Counted from the stretch's first letter, positions 1 through 9,556 are shown. The stretch: 43,334 nucleotides of DNA from Clostridia bacterium (GCA_036653075.1 JAVVUQ010000002.1:1-43334), one strand, 5' to 3'. A program made the numbers and translations. Notes: generated by a model not told the origin, from the sequence alone.

Positions 1-1034
1 CTCGAATAAAACCTGATATTATTTTATTATCAGGTGGAACAGATGGTGGAAATGCAGAAGTTATCCTTAAAAACGCTGAAACGCTGTCTAAAATACCATT
101 AAGTTTTCCCGTTGTTATTGCAGGCAATAAAAAAATGTCTAAAAAATGCGCAGAAGTTTTAAATAATAGCGGAAAAAAAGTTACAGTTACAGAAAATGTT
201 ATGCCAGAATTTAATGTGCTAAATATTTTACCTGCTCAAAATGCAATAAGAGACGTATTTTTAGAAAGAATTATTCGCGCAAAAGGAATTACTCATATTG
301 AAAGTTTAATTGAAGGAATAATTATGCCAACGCCGTCAGCGGTTTTAAGAGCAGCGTCGTTATTATCGAGAGGAACAAAAACAGAAAAAGGAATAGGCGA
401 TTTATTACTTGTTGATATGGGCGGAGCGACTACTGATGTATATTCTATTTGCAGCGGAAAGCCGCATATGGATGGCGTTATAATGAAAGGACTGCCTGAA
501 CCTTTTGAAAAGCGTACTGTTGAAGGAGATTTAGGAGCAAGGTATACTGCTGAAAATGTTGTTGATGCGTATACTATTGACGAATTCTCTCAAAAAAGTG
601 GGTTAAGCATTGAAAAAATTAAGAATCTTATCGAAAAAGTAAAACATAATTATTCTATTATATCAACAGACGGAGATGAAGCGATTTTTGATAAAAATAT
701 CGCTGGCTGTTCTGTTGAAATGGCGGTTATGCGGCACGCAGGTACTATTGAATCAAATTATACAACAAATGGATTAGTATTTGTGCAAAGTGGAAAAGAT
801 TTGACAGACGTTAAGCACATTATCGGTACGGGCGGACCAATTATTAACGCAAGCTGTCCAAAAGACCTACTTAAATTTGCTGAGTTTAGCGAAGAAAATT
901 CAGAAAGCTTACGTCCAAAGAAACCTAACTATTATATTGACAAAAAGTATATCTATGCAGCAATGGGACTTCTATCAAGTGAATTCCCAGATGTCGCTTT
1001 AAGAATATTAAAAAAAGAAACTATCGAAATTTAA
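1..1034 (+). CDS. glmL: Glutamate mutase accessory/reactivase protein GlmL (MutL of the mut/glm operon), 5'-truncated by the window edge
   Basis: The frame in phase with nt 3 is open from the window edge. It reads [44 protein letters not shown] before the listed Met135, so the listed 135..1034 ORF is an internal-Met truncation. It has an actin/HSP70-like ATPase motif ([14 protein letters not shown]). It lies directly upstream of glmE, as in clostridial glmS-glmL-glmE. Confidence 0.8.
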   Translation, partial: RIKPDIILLSGGTDGGNAEVILKNAETLSKIPLSFPVVIAGNKKMSKKCAEVLNNSGKKVTVTENVMPEFNVLNILPAQNAIRDVFLERIIRAKGITHIESLIEGIIMPTPSAVLRAASLLSRGTKTEKGIGDLLLVDMGGATTDVYSICSGKPHMDGVIMKGLPEPFEKRTVEGDLGARYTAENVVDAYTIDEFSQKSGLSIEKIKNLIEKVKHNYSIISTDGDEAIFDKNIAGCSVEMAVMRHAGTIESNYTTNGLVFVQSGKDLTDVKHIIGTGGPIINASCPKDLLKFAEFSEENSESLRPKKPNYYIDKKYIYAAMGLLSSEFPDVALRILKKETIEI

Positions 1035-1054
1035 TACTACAAGGGATTTATATT

Positions 1055-2512
1055 ATGGAAATAAATAATCGTAAATGGACAATGGATAAATTTACTCAAG
1101 TGCGCCAAGACGTTTTACGTCAATGGCCAACGGGAAAGGAAGTAAATATAGAGGAATCCATAAAATATCACTTAACCATTCCCGAAAGCAAGAATTTTTC
1201 AAAACAGTTAAGTTACGCTAAACACGACGGACGTACATTAATTCAACCACGCGCCGGCGTTGCTTTGCCAACTCAACATATAGAACTATTGCAGTTTCTT
1301 GAAAAATTCGGAGGCGCAGATTTGTTACCTACAACGATTGATAGCTATACTCGTTTAAATCGGTATCAAGAAGCGGAGGTAGGAATACGTGAAAGCATCA
1401 CACAAGGAAGATCTTTGCTTAATGGTTTTCCCGCTGTAAACCACGGAGTTAATGTATGTCGAAGCGTAACCGAAAGCGTTGGCGTTCCAGTGCAAGTTAG
1501 ACACGGAACACCTGATGCAAGATTACTTGCAGAAATTACGCTTGCAGGCGGATTTACTTCCTATGAAGGGGGCGGAATTTCTTATAATATTCCTTATTCA
1601 AAAAATCATTCACTTGAACAAACCATATACGATTGGCAATACACAGATAGATTAGTTGGATTGTATGAAGAAAATGGCGTTCAAATTAATAGAGAACCAT
1701 TTGGCCCTTTAACAGGCACGTTAGTTTCACCTTGCATTTCACACTCAGTAGCGATTATTGAAAGCTTGCTTGCAGCAGAACAGGGCGTAAAAAATATAAC
1801 CGTCGGGTATGGACAATGCGGAAATTTGATTCAAGACGTAGCAGCAATACGAAGTCTTGAGATGTTGACGAATGAATATTTATTAAAATTTGGATTTACA
1901 GACGTTGAAGTAACAACCGTTATCCATCAATGGATGGGCGGATTCCCTAATGACGAAGCAAAAGCGTTTGGTGTTATAGCTTGGGGCGCTGCAATTGCAG
2001 GATTATCAGGAGCAACTAAAGTAATAGTTAAATCTCCTCAAGAAGCAATGGGCATTCCAACTAAAGAGGCTAATGCTCAAGGTTTAAGGACAACAAAACA
2101 AGTAATTAAAATGATAAGCGATCAGTTCTTACCAACTCCAGCAGTACGTAGCGAAATTGCGTTAATTTGCGAAGAAACACGTTGTATAATGGATAGAGTT
2201 ATTGAACTTGGCGTTGGCGACGTTGCCGTAGGCGCAATAAGAGGCTTTGAAGCAGGTATTATAGACGTTCCATTCGCTCCAAGTAAATACAATAACGGAA
2301 AAGCATTACCAGCGCGTGATAACGATGGAGCAGTAAGATTTTTCGAATTTGGAAATTTGCCTTTCACAGATGAAATTAAAAATTTCCACTCTAAAAAGAT
2401 GGCTAAAAGGGCGCAATTTGAAGGACGAGAAGTATCCTTTCAAATGGTCATAGATGATATTTATGCGGTCAGCGAGGGCAACCTCGTAGGAAGACCTAAG
2501 GAGAAAAGATAG
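1055..2512 (+). CDS. glmE: Glutamate mutase (methylaspartate mutase) epsilon/large subunit
   Basis: 485 aa, the expected size. The N-terminal [21 protein letters not shown] and [11 protein letters not shown] segments are typical of GlmE/MutE TIM-barrel subunits. It is flanked by glmL and methylaspartate ammonia-lyase. Confidence 0.9.
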   Translation: MEINNRKWTMDKFTQVRQDVLRQWPTGKEVNIEESIKYHLTIPESKNFSKQLSYAKHDGRTLIQPRAGVALPTQHIELLQFLEKFGGADLLPTTIDSYTRLNRYQEAEVGIRESITQGRSLLNGFPAVNHGVNVCRSVTESVGVPVQVRHGTPDARLLAEITLAGGFTSYEGGGISYNIPYSKNHSLEQTIYDWQYTDRLVGLYEENGVQINREPFGPLTGTLVSPCISHSVAIIESLLAAEQGVKNITVGYGQCGNLIQDVAAIRSLEMLTNEYLLKFGFTDVEVTTVIHQWMGGFPNDEAKAFGVIAWGAAIAGLSGATKVIVKSPQEAMGIPTKEANAQGLRTTKQVIKMISDQFLPTPAVRSEIALICEETRCIMDRVIELGVGDVAVGAIRGFEAGIIDVPFAPSKYNNGKALPARDNDGAVRFFEFGNLPFTDEIKNFHSKKMAKRAQFEGREVSFQMVIDDIYAVSEGNLVGRPKEKR

Positions 2513-2513
2513 T

Positions 2514-3770
2514 ATGGTAAAAATTGAGAAAATTATTTGCAGCGCAGGAAAAACAGGATTCTTTTTTGATGATCAAAAAGCTATAAAATTAGGCGCAAAA
2601 GCTGATGGCGCTGCCTATATAGGAAATCCAGTTACTAATGGATTTACAGCAATTAGACAGTCGGGCGAATCTATTTCGGTTATGATTGTTTTAAGTGATG
2701 GACAAGTTGCATATGGCGATTGCGCAGCTGTTCAATATTCTGGCGCTGGCGGTCGTGATCCATTATTTTTGGCAGCTGATTATATTCCAGTAATTGAAAA
2801 TCAAATCGCTCCAAAATATATAGGCAAAGAATTAAACAGCTTTAAAGAACTTGCAAATATTGTTGATAATATGCAAGATGATCGGTTAGGCAAACGTATG
2901 CACACAGCTATTAGATATGGCGTTACACAAGCTTTGTTGGACGCAGTAGCAAAAGCTAAACATAAACTTATGGCAGAAATAGTCGCTGAAGAATGGCACA
3001 CAAATGGAATTAGCGAAAATGAAATTCGTATATTTACACAGTCAGGCGATAATAGATATGAAAACGTAGACAAAATGATTATCAAATCAGCGCCAACCTT
3101 ACCGCACGGACTAATTAATAACGTACACACAAAATTGGGCGAAAATGGTGAAATATTACTTGATTATGTAAGATGGCTGAAAAATAGAATTATGCAATTA
3201 CGCATAGACGATAGTTATTTACCTAATTTGCATATAGACGTCTACGGAACAATTGGCTTAGCCTTTGATAATGATGAAGAAAAAATAATCAATTATTTTG
3301 AAAAACTTTCCAAAGAAGCTGCTCCTTTTAATTTATATATTGAAGGTCCAGTTGATATGGGCGAAAGACAAGCGCAAATAAATATGTTATCAAAGCTTTG
3401 CGCTATGAATAGAGAACGCCATATTAAAATTAAAATTGTTGCTGACGAATGGTGCAATACCTACAACGATGTAGTGGATTTTTCAAATGCAAAAGCAGGC
3501 GATATGATACAAATCAAAACACCTGATTTAGGCGGCGTAAATAACATTATTGAAGCGGTATTATATTGCAAAAAAGTTGGAATTGAAGCATATCAAGGCG
3601 GAACATGCAATGAAACTAATAGAAGCGCAGAAGTATGCACTAATATAGCTATGGCTGTGAAACCGGACTTAATATTGGCAAAACCCGGTATGGGCGTTGA
3701 TGAAGGTTTTATGATTGTTAATAACGAAATGCATCGCATTTTAGCATATATGAAAGCTAAACGTTCTTAA
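2514..3770 (+). CDS. mal: 3-methylaspartate ammonia-lyase (beta-methylaspartase)
   Basis: 418 aa of enolase-superfamily type. The N-terminus KIEKIICSAGKTGFFFDDQKAI is characteristic of MAL. An AAGGAG RBS is present, and the start lies 1 nt after the glmE stop. Confidence 0.9.
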   Translation: MVKIEKIICSAGKTGFFFDDQKAIKLGAKADGAAYIGNPVTNGFTAIRQSGESISVMIVLSDGQVAYGDCAAVQYSGAGGRDPLFLAADYIPVIENQIAPKYIGKELNSFKELANIVDNMQDDRLGKRMHTAIRYGVTQALLDAVAKAKHKLMAEIVAEEWHTNGISENEIRIFTQSGDNRYENVDKMIIKSAPTLPHGLINNVHTKLGENGEILLDYVRWLKNRIMQLRIDDSYLPNLHIDVYGTIGLAFDNDEEKIINYFEKLSKEAAPFNLYIEGPVDMGERQAQINMLSKLCAMNRERHIKIKIVADEWCNTYNDVVDFSNAKAGDMIQIKTPDLGGVNNIIEAVLYCKKVGIEAYQGGTCNETNRSAEVCTNIAMAVKPDLILAKPGMGVDEGFMIVNNEMHRILAYMKAKRS

Positions 3771-3831
3771 TTAATTTAATAATATTTATTATAACCAAAC
3801 TATATAGCATATTGGCATAAAGGAGAAAAGA

Positions 3832-5217
3832 ATGAAAAAAGAATTAGTCGTATTATCAACTACTGCAATATTAGGATATGGTTTTCCTATGAGTTCCTTT
3901 GAAGAAGGAATGAAATATAATCCAGACGTAATTGCAGCAGATGCCGGTAGTACCGATCCGGGTCCTTATTATTTAGGCGCAGGGTACAGTTTTACAGATA
4001 GATCAGCGGTTAAACGTGACTTATCCATAATGATACAAGCAGGCGTGAAACATCATATTCCAGTTATAATCGGCACTTGCGGCGGCAGCGGCGCAATGTC
4101 ACATCTATTGGAAGTTGTTGAAATCGTTAAAGAAATATCTAAAGAAAATAATTTAAAATTTAAAACTGCTATTATCGAAGCAGAAATTAATAAAGATACA
4201 GTAACTAAATATAACAATGAAGGAAAAGTTAAACCTTTATATCCAGCTCCAGTTCTTACTCAATCCGAAATAGATAGCAGCGTTAGAGTTGTTGCTCAAA
4301 TGGGCGTTGAACCTTATATTAAAGCGTTGAGCAACGGCGCTGAAGTTATATTAGCAGGCAGAAGTTACGATCCTGCATTATTCTCAGCTCTTCCAGTTTG
4401 GAAAGGATACGATATGGGATTAGCTACTCATATGGGTAAAATACTTGAATGCGCTTGCATAGCTTGTACTCCAGGCAGCGGTAGCGATTGTATGATAGGC
4501 TTTTTAGGCGAAGATTACTTCAGAGTAATGCCATTAAGCACAAAGAGAAAAGCAACAACTTTATCAGTCGCTGCTCATACTCTATATGAAAAAACAAATC
4601 CTTACGTATTACCAGGTCCAGGCGGTTACTTAGATTTAAGAGAAACAAAATTTGAACAATATAGCGATAATTGCGTTAAAGTTTCAGGAAGTAAATTTGT
4701 TAAAAGCGAAAAATATACAATAAAACTCGAAGGCGTAAAATGCACAGGCTATAGAACAGTTTCTATCGCTGGCGCAAGAGATCCTATCTTTATAAGAAAA
4801 ATTGATGAAATTTTAGAAGGCGTAAGAGAAAGAGTTACCGATAACTTCAAATCTGCAAATTATGAATATCAGTTAGAATTCAAAATTTATGGAATCAATG
4901 GCGTAATGGGCGCTCTTGAACCAGTTAAAAATCCTCATCCACACGAATTGGGCATCGTAATCGATTGCGTTGCTCCCACTCAAGAAATAGCAAATACAAT
5001 ATGCGGATTTACAAGATCAACAATGCTACATTATGGATATTCTGAAAGAAAAGCTACCGCAGGAAATTTGGCATTTCCATATAGCCCCTCAGATTTTAAA
5101 GTCGGCGCAGTATATGAATTTTCAATGTACCACGTAATGGAAGTAGAAGATCCATGTAGCGAATTTCCACAAAAAATGGTCATTATCGATAATGGCGAAG
5201 TTAAGGAGGCTAAATAA
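3832..5217 (+). CDS. AtuA-like protein (DUF1446, acyclic terpene utilisation AtuA N-terminal family), function unknown
   Basis: 461 aa. The N-terminal pattern (VLSTTAILGYGFP...DVIAADAGSTDPGPYYLG...) is recognised as the DUF1446/AtuA family. AAAGGAG RBS. Same strand as mal, 61 nt downstream of it. Confidence 0.7.
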   Translation: MKKELVVLSTTAILGYGFPMSSFEEGMKYNPDVIAADAGSTDPGPYYLGAGYSFTDRSAVKRDLSIMIQAGVKHHIPVIIGTCGGSGAMSHLLEVVEIVKEISKENNLKFKTAIIEAEINKDTVTKYNNEGKVKPLYPAPVLTQSEIDSSVRVVAQMGVEPYIKALSNGAEVILAGRSYDPALFSALPVWKGYDMGLATHMGKILECACIACTPGSGSDCMIGFLGEDYFRVMPLSTKRKATTLSVAAHTLYEKTNPYVLPGPGGYLDLRETKFEQYSDNCVKVSGSKFVKSEKYTIKLEGVKCTGYRTVSIAGARDPIFIRKIDEILEGVRERVTDNFKSANYEYQLEFKIYGINGVMGALEPVKNPHPHELGIVIDCVAPTQEIANTICGFTRSTMLHYGYSERKATAGNLAFPYSPSDFKVGAVYEFSMYHVMEVEDPCSEFPQKMVIIDNGEVKEAK

Positions 5218-5537
5218 TGAAGAAATATACAATACCAGAAGTTGCTGAAGTTATTAGAAGCAAAAACAGCGGTCCTTATGAATTGACACTTGACATAATC
5301 TTTAAAGATTGGGATATATTTGAAAAAGTTTGCAAAGCAAAAATTATTAATCCTGAATTAATAGCTAAACTTTATAAAATCGATCCTAAAAAAGTAATGA
5401 ATATTGTAGAATTTAATCCAGCTAAAGCTATAAAAATCACTATCGAAAGACCATATTGCAGCGGCGCTAAATGCGAAACAGACGTCTACGGCGCACAACA
5501 ACACGCTCCTTTATTCGATATTGAATTTGAATTATAA
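5217..5537 (+). CDS. DUF4387 protein (the C-terminal module of full-length AtuA, here a separate ORF)
   Basis: 106 aa with RSKNSGPYELTLDIIF and DVYGAQQHAPL motifs typical of DUF4387. Its start overlaps the upstream stop (TAATG), with AAGGAGG 8 nt upstream, which indicates translational coupling. Confidence 0.7.
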   Translation: MKKYTIPEVAEVIRSKNSGPYELTLDIIFKDWDIFEKVCKAKIINPELIAKLYKIDPKKVMNIVEFNPAKAIKITIERPYCSGAKCETDVYGAQQHAPLFDIEFEL

Positions 5538-5604
5538 TTTTATACTAAAACATTTACGATTTTTAAACTTTAAATTGTTATTCTTATTTAAGGAAATTTA
5601 AATT

Positions 5605-5642
5605 AAAACCGCTGCAAAATATATTTTTGTAACGGTTTTTTT
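5605..5642 (+). terminator. Rho-independent terminator of the glm/mal/AtuA-like operon
   Basis: ACCGCTGCAAAA / TTTTGTAACGGT stem (one mismatch, one G-T pair) followed by a T7 run. Confidence 0.6.
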
Positions 5643-5734
5643 GTTTAAATAAATTTACTAATTTAAAATAAAATAACCTAATTAACAAAATCAATATAAA
5701 TAGAGCAGAACTTGCGCAAAAATAGAGTTTTATC

Positions 5735-5768
5735 ATCTATTCGCAAAATTACAGTTTTGCGAATAGAT
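5735..5768. repeat. Perfect 14-bp inverted repeat with a 6-bp spacer (ATCTATTCGCAAAA-TTACAG-TTTTGCGAATAGAT)
   Basis: Read directly from the sequence. A third arm-like copy, TTTTGCGTACAGAT, lies at 5777..5790 (direct, 22 bp from the right arm). An additional CGCAAAA lies at 5715..5721. Confidence 0.9.
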
Positions 5769-6100
5769 ATGCTTAATTTTGCGTACAGATGTTAATATCT
5801 TTACAAAATAACGAAATTAACAAAGTTGTATTTGAGTATACTATTATACACATAGTACTTTATAAAAATAAACGTTGTATAAATCTGATGATTATTAATG
5901 TTTCTATGGTAAAACTGTTGAATATAACGATATATAAAAATTGCTTTACATTTTGTTTTAATTTTGATAAAATGATAATTATAATACAATGTACATAAAT
6001 AATTACGATGATAATGTATAATAAATGAATGAAAAAATAGCTATTAAATTTAGAATTAGAATAATATATTTAATTTAGTTTAATTTGATATTGGAGATAA

Positions 6101-7201
6101 ATGTCAACTATTAGTAAGGACTATTTTTTAGAACGTGACTGTGACAATCAGCGCAAACTGAATGAATTAATTCAAAATGATTTGCCAAAATTTTGCGATG
6201 AATTTTTCATTGGAATACAAAATCGCACTACTTTATTGACACGTTTAAATTATGCTTCAGATTTGCGTTTGTTTTTTGGATATTGTTTTGATCGTATAGA
6301 AAGATTTAAATATTTGAGTATTAAGGACTTTTCGTTTAAAGAACTTAATTCAATAACGGCGTTTGAAATTGAGCAATATTTAAATTATATATCAGTATAC
6401 ACTAATAATATCAATGGAAATGATATTATTTATAAAAATGGTGAGCGTGGAAAGTCACGTAAACTATCTACATTAAGGGCTTTAATGAATTATTTTTATA
6501 AAAAGGAATGTATTACACAAAATACTGCGGCAAAGGTAGATACTCCTAAATTACACGAAAAAGAAATTGTGCGATTACAAGGTGATGAAATTGAAGATTT
6601 GCTTAATACTGTCGAAACAGGTAATGGAATGTCTAAGCGACAACAAGTATACCATAGTAAATCTAATTTAAGAGATGTTGCTATTGTTACGCTTTTACTT
6701 GGAACAGGAATACGAATAAGCGAATGTGTGGGGTTAAATTATGATGATATTAATTTTAAAGATAATAGTTTTGCTATAACTCGAAAAGGCGGAAATCGTG
6801 TGATTCTATATTTTTCTGAGGAGGTTGCGGCTGCGTTAATGCCTTATATAGATCAACGTATTTCAAATAAAGCGATAAATTTAAATCAAAAAGCATTGTT
6901 TCTATCCAAAGATTTTGAAAGATTATCGCCACGGTCAGTACAGTTACTTATAAAAAAATACAGCAAAGTTGCTACGCCGCTTAAAAAAATAACGCCGCAT
7001 AAACTTAGAAGCACGTATGGAACGGAACTTTATAGAGAAACTGGCGATATTTATGTCGTAGCTGACGTACTTGGACATAAAGATGTTAACACAACAAAAA
7101 AGCATTATGCAGCTATAACAGATGACATTAGAAAAAAAGCTTCCGAAAAAGTTATTTTGCATAAGAAAAATTTAGATTCAAACATAGATGAAACTAAATA
7201 A
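6101..7201 (+). CDS. Tyrosine site-specific recombinase (Xer-like, long 366-aa form)
   Basis: The C-terminal catalytic domain shows R (GTGIRISE), HKLRSTYGTELY (H-x-x-R), LGHKDVNTTKKHY (H...Y nucleophile) and an ITRKGGNR beta-hairpin Lys. It has an N-terminal SAM-like core-binding domain and a GGAG RBS. Confidence 0.85.
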   Translation: MSTISKDYFLERDCDNQRKLNELIQNDLPKFCDEFFIGIQNRTTLLTRLNYASDLRLFFGYCFDRIERFKYLSIKDFSFKELNSITAFEIEQYLNYISVYTNNINGNDIIYKNGERGKSRKLSTLRALMNYFYKKECITQNTAAKVDTPKLHEKEIVRLQGDEIEDLLNTVETGNGMSKRQQVYHSKSNLRDVAIVTLLLGTGIRISECVGLNYDDINFKDNSFAITRKGGNRVILYFSEEVAAALMPYIDQRISNKAINLNQKALFLSKDFERLSPRSVQLLIKKYSKVATPLKKITPHKLRSTYGTELYRETGDIYVVADVLGHKDVNTTKKHYAAITDDIRKKASEKVILHKKNLDSNIDETK

Positions 7202-7303
7202 TTTCAATATATCATATTTATAATTATATTATTTAAATTATTTAATAATATTGAAATTGCATTTAAACGTAAAAATAAGCAAATATTACAATAAGAGGTA
7301 TTT

Positions 7304-8557
7304 ATGAATCAAATTGAAAAATCTATAAATCAATATCAAAGAGTTCTTTTAGTATGGGCATATACTGGAGATACAGATATTGATAGCGTAATAAATGAAT
7401 TAAAGAGTCTTGTGGACACGGCGGGCGGTGAGGTTATAGATGTTATTATACAAAATCGAAATACTGTCGATCCATTTACAGTTGTTGGAAGCGGCAAATT
7501 ACAAGAAATTGCGCAATATGCTGAAAGTTTGAATATTGACGTGGTTATATTTGAAAATGAGCTTAATCCATCGCAAATTAAGAATATACAAGAAGTTATC
7601 GAATGTAAAGTTATTGACCGCACCGCTTTAATTTTAGATATATTTGCTCTGCACGCTGTTACAGCCGAAGGAAAGCTACAAGTTGAATTAGCTCAATTGA
7701 GATACAATTTGCCAAGATTAATGGGTTCTCAAACACAATTATCACGTCTTGGCGGCGGAATTGGAACAAGAGGCCCTGGCGAAACTAAACTTGAAACAGA
7801 TAGGCGTTATATAAAACGTCGTATTACTAATCTTGAAAAGCAAATAAACGATTTATCCGAACAAAGAGATGACTTGAGAAAACGGCGCAAAAAGAATCAA
7901 ATGCCTTGCGTCGCTATCGTTGGTTATACTAATGCTGGAAAATCTTCATTAATTAATAAATTAACTAACTCTGAGATTTATGTAGCAAATATGCTATTCG
8001 CTACTTTAGATCCCTCTGCTCGACGTATGGAATTTGATAATGGCACTGCTGTAATTGTTATTGATACAGTTGGTTTTATACGGAATATTCCAACGGGCCT
8101 TGTCGCAGCATTTAAATCAACTTTAGAAGAAGCTGTATTTGCCGATTTAATCTTAAATGTTTGCGATATCTCCAATCCTGAAATGCAGCTTCAATGCGAT
8201 GTTACTTTAAAGACGCTTGAAGAATTAAAATGTAACGCGCCAATAATCACAGTTTATAATAAATCGGATTTAATAGATGAAAATACTATTATTTCAGCCT
8301 TTTCAACAGATAAATTACTTGTTTCAGCAAAAAATGGCTTCGGAATCGAGAATTTAAAAGCGAGAATTAACAACACTCTGTTTGGCGATAGTATTTATTG
8401 TAAAATATTTATTCCTTATACCGATTCAAAAAGCAATAGCGATTTAAAAGCTAAATCAAAAATTATTTCAGAGGAATTTTTAGATAACGGAACATTGTTT
8501 AAATGCAATATAGTTCAAGCTTATTTATCAGATTTTTCCGATTATATAATAAAATAA
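7304..8557 (+). CDS. hflX: GTPase HflX
   Basis: HflX N-terminal and linker domains (LQVELAQLRYNLPRL, GTRGPGETKLETDRR). G-motifs GYTNAGKSSL, DTVGF and NKSD. Confidence 0.9.
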   Translation: MNQIEKSINQYQRVLLVWAYTGDTDIDSVINELKSLVDTAGGEVIDVIIQNRNTVDPFTVVGSGKLQEIAQYAESLNIDVVIFENELNPSQIKNIQEVIECKVIDRTALILDIFALHAVTAEGKLQVELAQLRYNLPRLMGSQTQLSRLGGGIGTRGPGETKLETDRRYIKRRITNLEKQINDLSEQRDDLRKRRKKNQMPCVAIVGYTNAGKSSLINKLTNSEIYVANMLFATLDPSARRMEFDNGTAVIVIDTVGFIRNIPTGLVAAFKSTLEEAVFADLILNVCDISNPEMQLQCDVTLKTLEELKCNAPIITVYNKSDLIDENTIISAFSTDKLLVSAKNGFGIENLKARINNTLFGDSIYCKIFIPYTDSKSNSDLKAKSKIISEEFLDNGTLFKCNIVQAYLSDFSDYIIK

Positions 8558-8617
8558 AATGTTTTTTGATATATTTAAGAATTAATAATAAAACATATGT
8601 TTTTTTGCTGAAAACAC

Positions 8618-8646
8618 TTGCTTAAATTTAAAAATTAGTGTACTAT
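8618..8646 (+). promoter_or_regulatory. Candidate sigma-A promoter for lexA (TTGCTT-17 nt-TACTAT)
   Basis: -35 TTGCTT at 8618..8623, 17-nt spacer, -10 TACTAT at 8641..8646. By-eye match only, in AT-rich DNA. Confidence 0.3.
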
Positions 8647-8766
8647 ATATAAATATAATATAGTTTTAGATTTAATAAAATTTTGAATTATCATAGGAAA
8701 ATAGATGTAAATGAGCGTTGCAATTTTATTTTAATATCAATTGCAAACTTGGAGGTGCGTTAACAT

Positions 8767-9390
8767 ATGGTTACCAAAAAAACACGTTCAGATAAGACAG
8801 GCGAGGTTTATGAATACATACAATCATTTATAGAAAAAAATGGTTATTCGCCAAGCGTTCGAGATATTTTAGCAGCTATGGGATTTAACTCAACTGCCAC
8901 AGTCCAATATTACATAAATAAATTAGAAAAACAAGGCTTAATTACTAAAACTGGAAATAAAAATCGAACTTTAAGCTTACAAGGCAAAAACAATCAAGGT
9001 TCTGTATATAAAAAATTTCCACTACTTGGACGAGTTAGCGCTGGCTTACCTATTTTAGCTGTTGAAAACATTGAAGAATATTATAGCCTTCCGCAATCTC
9101 TATTTAAAGGCGATGACTTATTCTTATTGCGTGTTGATGGCGATAGTATGATAGGCGCAGGCATTTTCAATGGCGACCTCATTATTGTCAATAAAGAATA
9201 TCAACCCGAAAATAACGACATAGTCGTCGCATATATCGACGGCGATGTAACAGTTAAACGTTTATTTATTAATATTAATAAAAATTCTATTGTACTACAC
9301 GCTGAAAATGTAAAATATAAAGATTTAGTAGTTGATGCTGAATATGCTTCAATTTTAGGCAAAGTCATTGGTAGTATAAGAAAATTCTAA
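8767..9390 (+). CDS. lexA: LexA repressor (S24 peptidase)
   Basis: N-terminal winged helix (SPSVRDILAAMGFNSTATVQYYINKLEKQGLI). Ala-Gly self-cleavage site (VSAGLP), catalytic Ser (DGDSM) and Lys (VTVKRL). GGAGG RBS. Confidence 0.92.
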   Translation: MVTKKTRSDKTGEVYEYIQSFIEKNGYSPSVRDILAAMGFNSTATVQYYINKLEKQGLITKTGNKNRTLSLQGKNNQGSVYKKFPLLGRVSAGLPILAVENIEEYYSLPQSLFKGDDLFLLRVDGDSMIGAGIFNGDLIIVNKEYQPENNDIVVAYIDGDVTVKRLFININKNSIVLHAENVKYKDLVVDAEYASILGKVIGSIRKF

Positions 9391-9434
9391 TTATGCTATC
9401 TTATGTCGATTATTAATATAGAAATTAAATATTG

Positions 9435-9466
9435 AAGCTGCAGTTTAAAATAAACTGCAGCTTTTT
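9435..9466. terminator. Terminator between convergent lexA and the ynbB-like gene
   Basis: 13-bp perfect stem AAGCTGCAGTTTA / TAAACTGCAGCTT with a 3-nt loop, followed by a T-run on the + strand. Confidence 0.7.
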
Positions 9467-9556
9467 ATAATGTTATTATCTTAACAATTCCATACTTATA
9501 TAATATCGCTTATATTTGTTATAATTATTTTGTTATAATTATAAGGTAAATACTAT

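Noticed and set aside
2122-3130. Antisense ORFs inside glmE and mal (2122..2367 -, 2801..3130 -)
   Set aside because: They lie fully within strongly supported genes on the opposite strand, have no RBS, and have hydrophobic or low-complexity composition typical of shadow frames.
5789-5998. Overlapping 69-aa (+) and 62-aa (-) ORFs in the AT-rich gap upstream of the recombinase
   Set aside because: There is no RBS. The Ile/Asn/Lys/Tyr/Phe-dominated translations are what A/T-rich non-coding DNA produces, and the two ORFs overlap each other on opposite strands.
6101-7201. Tyrosine recombinase as a marker of a prophage, integrative element or invertible promoter
   Set aside because: There are no phage, conjugation or cargo genes on either side; the flanks are the glm operon and hflX/lexA. 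I did not find a flanking direct or inverted repeat pair bracketing a segment. It is treated as a chromosomal Xer-like gene, and only the adjacent palindrome is flagged.
7199-7259. 11-bp AT-only inverted repeat (AATTTCAATAT ... ATATTGAAATT) right after the recombinase stop
   Set aside because: It has a 37-nt loop and an all-A/T stem. This is too weak to call a terminator or a recombination site, and it is likely chance in this composition.
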